Shown piece after piece: positions 9,080 to 17,097 of a stretch of 32,000 nucleotides of DNA (position 1 is the stretch's first letter; each line of letters starts with the position of its first letter). Location of the stretch: NCBI RefSeq assembly GCF_014280175.1, contig NZ_CP047931.1, positions 1,080,001-1,112,000 on the forward strand, given 5' to 3'. Made by a program: the position numbers and the translations under genes. The notes under the pieces were generated by a model. The model saw nothing but the letters and a program-made list of their open reading frames with translations, did no database searches and had not been told where the DNA came from. Origin of the DNA: Synechococcus sp. A15-28. Its GTDB lineage: Bacteria; Cyanobacteriota; Cyanobacteriia; PCC-6307; Cyanobiaceae.

Positions 9080-9627
9080 GGCACGCGCTGGCTGAGGGAA
9101 TGCAGATCAATGGCCCGTCCCTGCAGGACCAGCCAGGCTGAATCAGCCTCTTGATCGAGGCGTTGCGCCAGGGAACCCAGGCGATCGCGGAAGCGTCCGC
9201 CGATGCGCGTGGGTGGAACCACGCCCCATCCGGTTTCCTCGATGACCAGCACGCAGGTCTGGTGCATACCAGCCAACTGTTGGATCAGCCCGTTGCAGCA
9301 TTCGTTCCAGACCTCGTCAGAGTCATCCAGATGGCAGGCCACGAAGCCCCCCAGCGCATCAATCAACACGGATGAGTGCTGAGGAATCGTGCGCAGGGCA
9401 CTGGTGAGATCAGCATCTGCCTCCACCAAACGCCAGTGGCTGGGGCGTCGTTGCCGATGCAGCTCCAGACGGGCCTGCCAGTCTTGATCATCAGGACGAT
9501 CAGGAGACGTGGCCACATAGCTGACGTCGAGGTCCTCGGACAACAGATGCTCGGCCCAGCGGCTTTTCCCGCCTCTGGAGGGGCCACTTACAAGGACGAG
9601 CCTGGATTGGTTCAGGTCAGCCGCCAC
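9076..9627 (-). CDS. cobU: Adenosylcobinamide kinase / adenosylcobinamide-phosphate guanylyltransferase
   Basis: 183 aa with N-terminal P-loop LVSGPSRGGKSRWAE and CobU/CobP-like size and layout. GTG start at 9627 overlaps the cemA stop by 11 nt. Confidence 0.75.
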   Translation of the reverse strand: MAADLNQSRLVLVSGPSRGGKSRWAEHLLSEDLDVSYVATSPDRPDDQDWQARLELHRQRRPSHWRLVEADADLTSALRTIPQHSSVLIDALGGFVACHLDDSDEVWNECCNGLIQQLAGMHQTCVLVIEETGWGVVPPTRIGGRFRDRLGSLAQRLDQEADSAWLVLQGRAIDLHSLSQRVP

Positions 9628-10765
9628 CGTTCATGCCTTTGAGAGTCGCCACTGAAGAGGGTGAGACGCGGTTCAGATAGCGGAAGATCCAGTACTTGAA
9701 GATCGTCGCCAGGATCACAGGGAAGGTGGCGATGAACAACAGGATGAAGTTCTCCTGAGTCGGCAGACCGAAGTGATGGGCAATGCCGTCCAGAAGAACG
9801 GTCCAGCCCTCAGGGCTGTGGTAACCAACGAATATGTCTGTAAAGAGGATGATCGCGAACGCTTTGGCGGAATCACTCAACCCATAGATGGCCTCATCGA
9901 GAAAGCCACGCAGAACGCGCAGCTGATCTCGGCTCACAAGGCAGACGCCAATGAAGGCCAACAGACCTGCAAGATCAGCGAGCACATTCTTGATGGCCTG
10001 AACGCTCTCTCGATCAGCCTCGTCCTTGAGTTCCTCTGCCCTTTCCCTGAGCTTGGACACCAACAGATCCGAGGACAGCGGCTCCTCCCCTTTCAACAGG
10101 GCATCAAATTCGAGCTCTTCCTTATAAATCCGCAGTTTCTCAACGGCGACTTCCTCGAGTTGAGGTTTTGGGTAACTGAGGAAGGAGAGATCGGGGGACA
10201 GACGCTCCACCGCCGGCCCGACGATGTAGGTGTTCGACACCTGCTGAACCAGCAGCGGTACTAACACCAATAGCAGCAGGATTCGCAGCGACGCCAGGGT
10301 TGAATCGCGCCGGCGGCGGAAGCCTGCCACCACCGATTCCTCCGAGGTCGGATCCAACTGACGGCGGACTGAATCGAACACCCCGAGCAGGGAGCGCGGC
10401 AACGGTTCCGGTGCCGTGCTCATTCCGCTTTTGCTGGATGACCGCTTGCTCGCATAGCGGCTTACGACCGTCTCAATCAGCTGAAGTTGACGCAATTCCT
10501 GTGGATCCAGCTGCCCGCGGTTGGGCGAAACGTTTGAAAGGCTGGACCGGCAGATCTGAAGGGCGGTGTGGAACCGCCGCAGAACCGTGGCTTGAACGGA
10601 TCGCGGGACGGAAAGTTCCAACTCTGGTCTGACTTTGCGGTCAGCGTAAAACTCCAGCTCCAGGCTCTGGATCAGCAAGGCCGCCTCGTAGCCACGCTCA
10701 AGCTCGTTGGTCAGGTTGTCGCCCTCACCCTGGGAGAACAGACCAATCCAGTTCCGCGTGGCCAT
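9617..10765 (-). CDS. cemA: Proton extrusion / envelope membrane protein CemA (PxcA)
   Basis: C-terminal membrane part LFIATFPVILATIFKYWIFRYLNRVSPSSVATLKGMN and HSPEGW are CemA/PxcA hallmarks as I remember them. 382 aa with a long soluble N-terminus, as in cyanobacterial PxcA. Confidence 0.8.
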   Translation of the reverse strand: MATRNWIGLFSQGEGDNLTNELERGYEAALLIQSLELEFYADRKVRPELELSVPRSVQATVLRRFHTALQICRSSLSNVSPNRGQLDPQELRQLQLIETVVSRYASKRSSSKSGMSTAPEPLPRSLLGVFDSVRRQLDPTSEESVVAGFRRRRDSTLASLRILLLLVLVPLLVQQVSNTYIVGPAVERLSPDLSFLSYPKPQLEEVAVEKLRIYKEELEFDALLKGEEPLSSDLLVSKLRERAEELKDEADRESVQAIKNVLADLAGLLAFIGVCLVSRDQLRVLRGFLDEAIYGLSDSAKAFAIILFTDIFVGYHSPEGWTVLLDGIAHHFGLPTQENFILLFIATFPVILATIFKYWIFRYLNRVSPSSVATLKGMNGGG

Positions 10766-10777
10766 CGGCTCAGACGA

Positions 10778-11449
10778 TCATCGGGAGAAGACCCACCAGG
10801 TCGCCATCGGGATGATGGTGCCGAGCACCAGCAGCACAATGATCCAGGTCGTGGCGTTGCTGCTTTCCGTTTCCTCTTGGGTAGGAATGTTGGTGGGGAG
10901 AGTGGTGCGAACGATTTCCGCTGGTGGACCCGGGTCCTCGCCCCCACCGAGGACGGTGCTCAAACGGTTGATGCCATCGAGGGTGGCTTGCCGGTAGCGA
11001 TCTCCCTCACGCAGGGGAACGCTCATGGTGGTGCGCGCTGTGCTGGTCAACAGCGCTTCGGGGAGTTGCGATTGCAGCGAAGCGTCCGCAGCGATCGATG
11101 CCCGCTTGTTCTGGGTCTCAATCAACAGCAGCAGAAGTGGTTCCGAGCCACTGGACGACCATTGAGCCAGAAGCTCTTCACCGAAGCCATCAAGGTTCAG
11201 GCCGTAGTCGAGGCGCCTCAGCGTCACAACCCGGGCATCAACACGATCAGCGGCGAGATCCTGGAGGCGTGAGGTGAGTTCTGAGCGACTGGCCCGGCTG
11301 AACACATCGGCATCATCCAGAATGCGCTCGTCAGGACGACTGCTGCCGAGATCAATGGGTGAGATGGCCTGGGCTGCTAGGGGACAGCCCACCAGAACCA
11401 CCAGCCCAACGATTGCAACAACGCTGGCGAGTCGACGCAGGAACGACAT
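10778..11449 (-). CDS. psb32: TPM-domain protein, Psb32/TLP18.3-like
   Basis: ATG 11449 gives a signal peptide (MSFLRRLASVVAIVGLVVLVGCPLAAQA). It is followed by a TPM-type segment (ILDDADVFSRASRSELTSRL..) and a C-terminal TM anchor (TTWIIVLLVLGTIIPMATWWVF). The longer ORF to 11494 would overlap the upstream gene. Confidence 0.65.
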   Translation of the reverse strand: MSFLRRLASVVAIVGLVVLVGCPLAAQAISPIDLGSSRPDERILDDADVFSRASRSELTSRLQDLAADRVDARVVTLRRLDYGLNLDGFGEELLAQWSSSGSEPLLLLLIETQNKRASIAADASLQSQLPEALLTSTARTTMSVPLREGDRYRQATLDGINRLSTVLGGGEDPGPPAEIVRTTLPTNIPTQEETESSNATTWIIVLLVLGTIIPMATWWVFSR

Positions 11450-11486
11450 CAGACCATCCCGAACAACAATGGTGTGCAGTCTGCCG

Positions 11487-11894
11487 TCAGCCATCCAGCC
11501 TGTCGCGATTCAACGCTTCAATTGCGACCAGAATTGAAGCGGCCTCCCCTTCTGGAAGGGCCATGCGCTGGGATAAATCCAGGAGGAAGGCCGACTCTTC
11601 TTCGGTGACATTGCGATCGGCGTGAGTCAGGTGAGCAGCCACCGCAAGGGCACTCTGCTGTTGGGACGAGCTGAGAACCGGCAGAGCTTGTTCAATGAGG
11701 CCACCGACACCCTGATCCCGCAGGTTGTGAAGCAGACGGTCAAACAAATCCCCCATGTCAGCTTCCGTACTGCTGCTGTACCACGACCGGTATTCCAGCT
11801 GGGTCCTCAGGGCATGGGCTTCATCACGCCCGAGGCTGCCGTCGCAGGCCACGGCAGCAAGGGCAATGGCGGCAAAGGCCTCTGCACTGTTCAT
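11487..11894 (-). CDS. TerB-like (tellurite-resistance TerB family) small protein
   Basis: 135 aa. The N-terminus AFAAIALAAVACDGSLGRDEAHAL and a second ..HLTHADRNVTEEESAFLLDL.. repeat resemble the paired-helix TerB fold. The assignment is from memory only. Confidence 0.45.
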   Translation of the reverse strand: MNSAEAFAAIALAAVACDGSLGRDEAHALRTQLEYRSWYSSSTEADMGDLFDRLLHNLRDQGVGGLIEQALPVLSSSQQQSALAVAAHLTHADRNVTEEESAFLLDLSQRMALPEGEAASILVAIEALNRDRLDG

Positions 11895-11959
11895 GCGAAT
11901 CAGGCATCACAGACACATTTGAGCAAGATGTGGCGGTTCTGCCAGTCCAGGATGGCCTG

Positions 11960-12619
11960 ATGCCCACCCCCGCCCGCGTCGTTCTTGTCTGTGGCGTGCT
12001 GCTGTTGACGCTGACGCTGCTCAATGCCGGCCTGGCGGAATCGTTCACTCCCGAGCTGCAACGGGCAGAGGTCCTCTGCGGCATGGCCTCTGTTGGTCTG
12101 ATGCTGGTGGCTGTGCTTTGGACCAGAGCTGATCCAACCCAGGTGAAACCGCGCCAACTCATCGGTGAACAGGGCTTGCGGTTGGAACCCTCTTTGCAGG
12201 CAGACCTGAAGGAGGAGCTGGCCTGGGGCAGCCACATGCTGCTGACAGCCACTCCGGCCGCCACCCTTCTCGTGCTTTGGAGGAATCAGGTCATTCTCCG
12301 CCGCGGTCTGCTGCGTGACGCTGATGCAGTGTTCACGCCAGGTCCGATCTGTCGACGAGCGATGGAGCGTGAGACGACCGTCAGTCTTGTCAACACAACC
12401 CTGTTCCCCGGCCGCCATGAATTTGATCCTGTCCTGGACAACCTTCCTGCTGTTCTGATTGTTCCCCTGGGGTCTGAGGGAGTGGTCATTCTCGGTGGAT
12501 GGTCCGAACGCTGCTTCAGCCAGGCGGATGAGCAATGGCTTGAGGGGTGGGGAGCGCGGCTCAGAACGAAACTGGAGACCGCGACGACGGGGTTGCACTG
12601 CCGGGTTGATCCGGCGTGA
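11960..12619 (+). CDS. Membrane protein, possibly CCB2/CCB4-type cofactor assembly of complex C subunit B (DUF2930)
   Basis: Two N-terminal TM helices (VVLVCGVLLLTLTLLNAGL; VLCGMASVGLMLVAVLW) followed by a ~150-aa soluble domain. The family call is a recollection and needs an HMM check. ATG at 11960; the longest ORF starts at GTG 11930. Confidence 0.4.
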   Translation: MPTPARVVLVCGVLLLTLTLLNAGLAESFTPELQRAEVLCGMASVGLMLVAVLWTRADPTQVKPRQLIGEQGLRLEPSLQADLKEELAWGSHMLLTATPAATLLVLWRNQVILRRGLLRDADAVFTPGPICRRAMERETTVSLVNTTLFPGRHEFDPVLDNLPAVLIVPLGSEGVVILGGWSERCFSQADEQWLEGWGARLRTKLETATTGLHCRVDPA

Positions 12620-13715
12620 AGCGAATGCTGGAGCGAACCCGTTGGCCGCTGGAGCCGAAGCGGACGCCTTCGCTGGAGCCCAGTTGACCTTCCATCCGTG
12701 GAGCCCTGGTCTCCTGGTCGGGTTCCCGGCGTCTGAGCACCACATCCCCATCGGCCACCACACGGTTGGTCAGCCAGTTCCAGCTGCAGCGTCGTGCAGT
12801 CAACGACTCTCCTGGTTGCGACAAGCGACAGGCCTTGGGAATGATCACGGTCGTGGTCGCTTCGTCGATCACAAAACCATTGCCCGTGGCTGTTGCGTCC
12901 TGGCGCTTGCCCTGAAATCGGGCGCTTGATTTGAAGCGTTGATCAGCAAGATTCCAACGCGTGGTCCCCGCGTTGATGTCTGCTTCGTTCTGCTTGAGAC
13001 GAACGGGCTGAATCAGATCCAGGAACCCCTTCTGGGTGTTGCCCTTCAAGGCTGAGGCTGTGACTTCCAGGTCCTTGTTCCGCGAGGCACGAACGGGGCC
13101 GTTCACCCCAAGGTCTCCGGTCTCAAGATTCCAGATGCCCTTGCTGGCCACAATGTCCGTGTCGGGTTCCAGCTCCGCTTGTCGACGATTTTTCCAGCGC
13201 AGGAGCTGTGTTGGGCCTTCGAAACGCAGGGTGTTGCTGGTCTGGATCAAGGTGAGACGCCTCGCTGTCAATCGCGAGAACTCATCGAGGGCTTCAGGGT
13301 TCTGATCCATCACCATGCGTGATTCAGCTGGTTTCCAGACCAGTCGATCCCCACGGATCAGCATGGCTTGGTCGTTGAGTTGTTGAAGCCGAACCTGTCC
13401 TTCCAGGATCACCATCTCGCCGTCCTTGAGCACCGTGGCCAGCTCGGCACTGATCCGAAACGAGGGTTGATCGTTCCTGTAGAGAATCCCGGTGGGACGG
13501 CGGGCGCGAACCGTTCGGCTCGACAGGTCGTATCGCGCTTCAGGGCTGCTGAGATCCCAGTCCCTCAATCCGTCTTTACGGCGTTGGTTGAGGTCGAGGG
13601 AGCGAAAGACGAAGGGGGGAGCGGAATCCTGCTGTGCAGTCGGTTGTTGGTTGCAACCGATCAACCCGGTACCGAGCAGAAGCAGTGCAGGAATCAGCAG
13701 GGAGGAACGGCCCAT
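12561..13715 (-). CDS. LptC/OstA-like periplasmic lipoprotein (LPS export-related)
   Basis: ATG 13715 gives a lipoprotein-type signal (MGRSSLLIPALLLLGTGLIGC). It is followed by beta-rich repeats with an LptC-like pattern (..DWDLSSPEARYDL....ILYRNDQPSFRISAELATVLKDGEMVILEGQVRL..). The longer ORF to 13742 would overlap the metG stop. Confidence 0.45.
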   Translation of the reverse strand: MGRSSLLIPALLLLGTGLIGCNQQPTAQQDSAPPFVFRSLDLNQRRKDGLRDWDLSSPEARYDLSSRTVRARRPTGILYRNDQPSFRISAELATVLKDGEMVILEGQVRLQQLNDQAMLIRGDRLVWKPAESRMVMDQNPEALDEFSRLTARRLTLIQTSNTLRFEGPTQLLRWKNRRQAELEPDTDIVASKGIWNLETGDLGVNGPVRASRNKDLEVTASALKGNTQKGFLDLIQPVRLKQNEADINAGTTRWNLADQRFKSSARFQGKRQDATATGNGFVIDEATTTVIIPKACRLSQPGESLTARRCSWNWLTNRVVADGDVVLRRREPDQETRAPRMEGQLGSSEGVRFGSSGQRVRSSIRFTPDQPGSATPSSRSPVSF

Positions 13716-13719
13716 CCGA

Positions 13720-15264
13720 TCAGAGGGACTCCTCGAGTTCAAGGCGCTGCATCACCGGAGATGGTTTGGGAAGAGCCGCTCCGCTGACCAGCCCACCCCA
13801 GTTCAACTGTTCGGTCCAGCCATCGGGATTGATGCTGGTGCCGAGCTGCTCCAGGATTCGTTCACTCAGTTCCGGCAGCAGCGGGCTGAGCAGCAATCCC
13901 ACAATCCGGGTGGCCTCCAGTACCGCATAGAGGTCATCGCCGACCTCGGTTTCCTGGCCGGGTTGCTTCATCCGGCTCCAGGGTGCTGTGTCGTTGAGAT
14001 GACCATTGGCTGCGATGGCCAGCTGGAGAACAGCTTCCGCCGCAGGCTTGAAGCCAAGGGCCGGCATGGATGTCACAACCGTTGCCACCGTCGTGGTGGC
14101 CGCCATGGAAAGAGGATGCTTTGAACCCACGGCTTCGGTGTGGGGCGGAACGGCGTCAGCGAACCATTTCCTGGCCATGGAGGAGGTGCGGTTCAGCAGG
14201 TTGCCGATGGTGTTCGCCAGATCGTTGTTCACCAGATCAACGAAGCGCTGCTGTTGAAAATCGCCGTCGTCTCCGAACTGAATGTCCCGCAACAGGTACC
14301 AACGAACAGCATCCGATCCGCAGCAGTCCAACAACCGCTCCGGGTCGAGAACATTGCCCAGCGACTTGCCCATCTTCAGGCCTTCCCGGGTGAGAAAGCC
14401 GTGGCCGAACACCGATTTAGGCAGCGGTAGTCCGGCGGACATCAGCATCGCCGGCCAGAACACCGCATGGAACCGCAGGATGTCCTTGCCGATCACATGC
14501 ACGGACGCAGGCCAGCCGCACTTCTCGAGACGATCCAGGTCCACCGGCTCCCCGTCATCCAGCAGGGCGGTGAGGTAGCCCAACAGAGCATCAAACCAGA
14601 CGTAGAAGGTGTGGCCGTCATGACCCGGCACCGGCAGCCCCCAGCTGACGTTCACCCGGGAGATGGAGAAGTCCCGGAGTCCCTGGGCAACGAAATTGCG
14701 GACCTCCTGGCGTCGGTTTGCCGGTTGGATGAAGTCGTCCCTGGCCACCAGCTCCTCGATCTGGGACTGGTAGCGCGAGAGACGGAAGAACAGGTTTTCC
14801 TCATCTCTCCACTCCAGCGGCTTCTGGTGGATCGGGCAGCTGGGATCAACGGCCTCGGTTGGATCATCCTTGTATTCCTCACAACCGACGCAGTACCAAC
14901 CCGTCTGGCGGCCGCTGATCACATCCCCCGAGGCTTTGACCCGGGCAAAGAACTGATCGACCAGTTGCAGGTGTCGCGGATCCGTCGTGCGGACAAAACG
15001 GTCCTGACTGATGCCCCAGCGCGACCAGAGTTCGCGGTAGCTGGCACTGATGCCATCGCAGTGCTGTTGGGGACTCAGCTGCCGGGCTTCGGCTGTCCGC
15101 TGGATCTTCTGGCCATGTTCATCAACGCCAGTGATGAAGACCACGGAGTAGCCATTCAAGCGCTGAAAGCGGGCCAGGGCATCGCATGCCAGGGTTGTGT
15201 AGGTGCTGCCCAGGTGCGGCCGATCGTTGACGTAATAGAGCGGAGTCGTGAGGGTGTAGGGCAT
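13720..15264 (-). CDS. metG: Methionine--tRNA ligase
   Basis: Class I aaRS. MPYTLTTPLYYVNDRPHLGSTYTT carries the HIGH-type motif (HLGS), there is a zinc knuckle (CVGCEEY..CPIH), and KMGKSLGN is the KMSKS motif. The start is placed at ATG 15264 (MPYT..) rather than the upstream start at 15291. Confidence 0.95.
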   Translation of the reverse strand: MPYTLTTPLYYVNDRPHLGSTYTTLACDALARFQRLNGYSVVFITGVDEHGQKIQRTAEARQLSPQQHCDGISASYRELWSRWGISQDRFVRTTDPRHLQLVDQFFARVKASGDVISGRQTGWYCVGCEEYKDDPTEAVDPSCPIHQKPLEWRDEENLFFRLSRYQSQIEELVARDDFIQPANRRQEVRNFVAQGLRDFSISRVNVSWGLPVPGHDGHTFYVWFDALLGYLTALLDDGEPVDLDRLEKCGWPASVHVIGKDILRFHAVFWPAMLMSAGLPLPKSVFGHGFLTREGLKMGKSLGNVLDPERLLDCCGSDAVRWYLLRDIQFGDDGDFQQQRFVDLVNNDLANTIGNLLNRTSSMARKWFADAVPPHTEAVGSKHPLSMAATTTVATVVTSMPALGFKPAAEAVLQLAIAANGHLNDTAPWSRMKQPGQETEVGDDLYAVLEATRIVGLLLSPLLPELSERILEQLGTSINPDGWTEQLNWGGLVSGAALPKPSPVMQRLELEESL

Positions 15265-15339
15265 CGTTGAATTCGGACCTCCGCCGCACAACCGCGACGC
15301 CGGATCCTAACGACCTCACTTTTCTGGTCTGTTGCCGGT

Positions 15340-17097
15340 ATGGCGTGGGACGTGATCGTCTGGGGAGGAGGCACCGGTGGCGTGGCAGCTGCCGTTCAGG
15401 CGTCGCGCTCGGGCGCTCAGACGCTGCTGCTGACCCCTGGACCGTGGCTGGGGGGAATGCTGAGTGCCGCCGGTGTGAGTGCCCCCGATGGCCACGAATT
15501 GAGCTGCTGGCAGACGGGCCTCTGGGGTCAGTTCATCCGAACCCTGGCGGCGACCGTGCCCGAAGGGCTCGATCAGAACTGGGTCAGCTGTTTCGGGTTC
15601 CGGCCGCAGCAAGCCGAGCACCTGTTGCAGAGCTGGGTTCAAGCCGAGCCATTGCTCCAGTGGTGGTCCGGTTGTTGCTTGCTGGGACTCGATCGACGCG
15701 GAGACCGGATTCAGGCTCTTGATCTGGAATGCAACGGCGAACGGCATCGACTGGACAGCCGCATCTGGGTCGACGGCAGTGATCTGGGTGACCTGATCGC
15801 CCTGGCGGACGCACCGTTCCGTTGGGGCTGGGAGTCCAAGGACACCTGGAATGAACCCAGTGCCCCTTCGGCTGATGCCCTGGCAACGGATGCTTTTTTC
15901 CGTCAGCAACCCGTGCAGTCGCCCACTTGGGTGGTGATGGGACAGCTGACTGCGGCGGCTCCGGAGTCCTCTGCACTGTCAGCACCAGCCGCTCCTTTTG
16001 ACAAAGCCCTGGAGGCTGTCGGCCTGGAACGCACGCTCACCTACGGACGTCTGCCGGGAGGTCTGGTGATGCTGAACTGGCCTCTGGGCGGCAACGACTG
16101 GCATCACGGATTGGGTCGTTCCATCGCGCCGCTGGCATCAGAACGGGAGGCTCTGGATCGGGAGATGCAGCAGCACAGCCTGCAGTTCCTGGATCAGCTC
16201 TCCCGCTGCAGCGGTGGTTGGCTGAGCCGTGGTGATGCCTTCCCCTCCGCCAGAGCGCACCTCGCTCTGATGCCCTATTGGCGGGAAGGACGCCGGATGA
16301 GGGGTCAGTCGGTGGTCACTGAACGGGATCTGCTGCCGGTGACGACTCAGGCGAGACGCAGCCACCTGTCCTCCTCAAGCATCGCTGTGGGCACCTACGC
16401 CAATGACCACCATTACCCCGGTGAGGACTGGCCGTTGGCTCCAAAAAGCTGTCGTTGGGGGGGGCGCTGGACCGGCACGCCCTTCTGCATCCCTTTTGGA
16501 GCTCTGCTGAGCGCCGATGTGTCCAATCTGCTCGCCGCGGAGAAGTGCTTCAGCGTCAGCCACATGGCCAATGGGGCAACCCGGCTGCAACCGCTGATCC
16601 TCAACATCGGCCAGGCCGCCGGATTGGCTGCAGCCCTGGCCGTACGGATGAAGCTGCAACCCAGCGAGCTTCCCGTCGATTCCCTGCAGCAGCAGTTGAT
16701 TGATGATCCCCAGGCACCCGCTGCCGTGATGCCCGTCTGGGATTGGCCCTGCTGGCATCCGCACTGGCTCGAGGCCCAGCACCGGTCCTTGCGACACCCC
16801 GAGATCTTGATGCAGGACGGATCGCTGGAAGCGGCACAGGGGGCTGACCTCTCCCTGCCGGACGCTGCTGAAACACCTGCCGAACGGCACGGAGAACAGC
16901 TTCAGGGACAGTTCCGTCGCGACGCTGATGGACTGCGTTACTGGCTGGAGTCAGGATCGATCCGACGGCAGCTGATCACCCTGGAGCCGGCGGTGGAACG
17001 GGTTCTGTCCGCCGCTGCGGATGGAACTCCAATGGATCTGGTCGCCGTCCACAACCCCTGGGGACCCTGGTGGCGCGTCAGCCAGGTGCTGCGTTAG
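15340..17097 (+). CDS. FAD-dependent oxidoreductase (uncharacterised family)
   Basis: N-terminal dinucleotide fold WDVIVWGGGTGGVAAAVQASRSG. 585 aa with a ~150-aa C-terminal extension. The substrate cannot be inferred. Confidence 0.7.
   Translation: MAWDVIVWGGGTGGVAAAVQASRSGAQTLLLTPGPWLGGMLSAAGVSAPDGHELSCWQTGLWGQFIRTLAATVPEGLDQNWVSCFGFRPQQAEHLLQSWVQAEPLLQWWSGCCLLGLDRRGDRIQALDLECNGERHRLDSRIWVDGSDLGDLIALADAPFRWGWESKDTWNEPSAPSADALATDAFFRQQPVQSPTWVVMGQLTAAAPESSALSAPAAPFDKALEAVGLERTLTYGRLPGGLVMLNWPLGGNDWHHGLGRSIAPLASEREALDREMQQHSLQFLDQLSRCSGGWLSRGDAFPSARAHLALMPYWREGRRMRGQSVVTERDLLPVTTQARRSHLSSSSIAVGTYANDHHYPGEDWPLAPKSCRWGGRWTGTPFCIPFGALLSADVSNLLAAEKCFSVSHMANGATRLQPLILNIGQAAGLAAALAVRMKLQPSELPVDSLQQQLIDDPQAPAAVMPVWDWPCWHPHWLEAQHRSLRHPEILMQDGSLEAAQGADLSLPDAAETPAERHGEQLQGQFRRDADGLRYWLESGSIRRQLITLEPAVERVLSAAADGTPMDLVAVHNPWGPWWRVSQVLR

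Noticed and set aside
14467-15270. 267-aa plus-strand ORF, along with similar long antisense ORFs at 22400-23314, 17832-18566, 10568-11272 and 11900-12763
   Set aside because: Each is fully embedded antisense to a confidently identified gene (metG, rlmD-like, RNase II/R, psb32/cemA, CCB-like). They are Arg/Gly/Pro/Ala-rich with no recognisable motifs, consistent with stop-codon depletion in GC-rich sequence.
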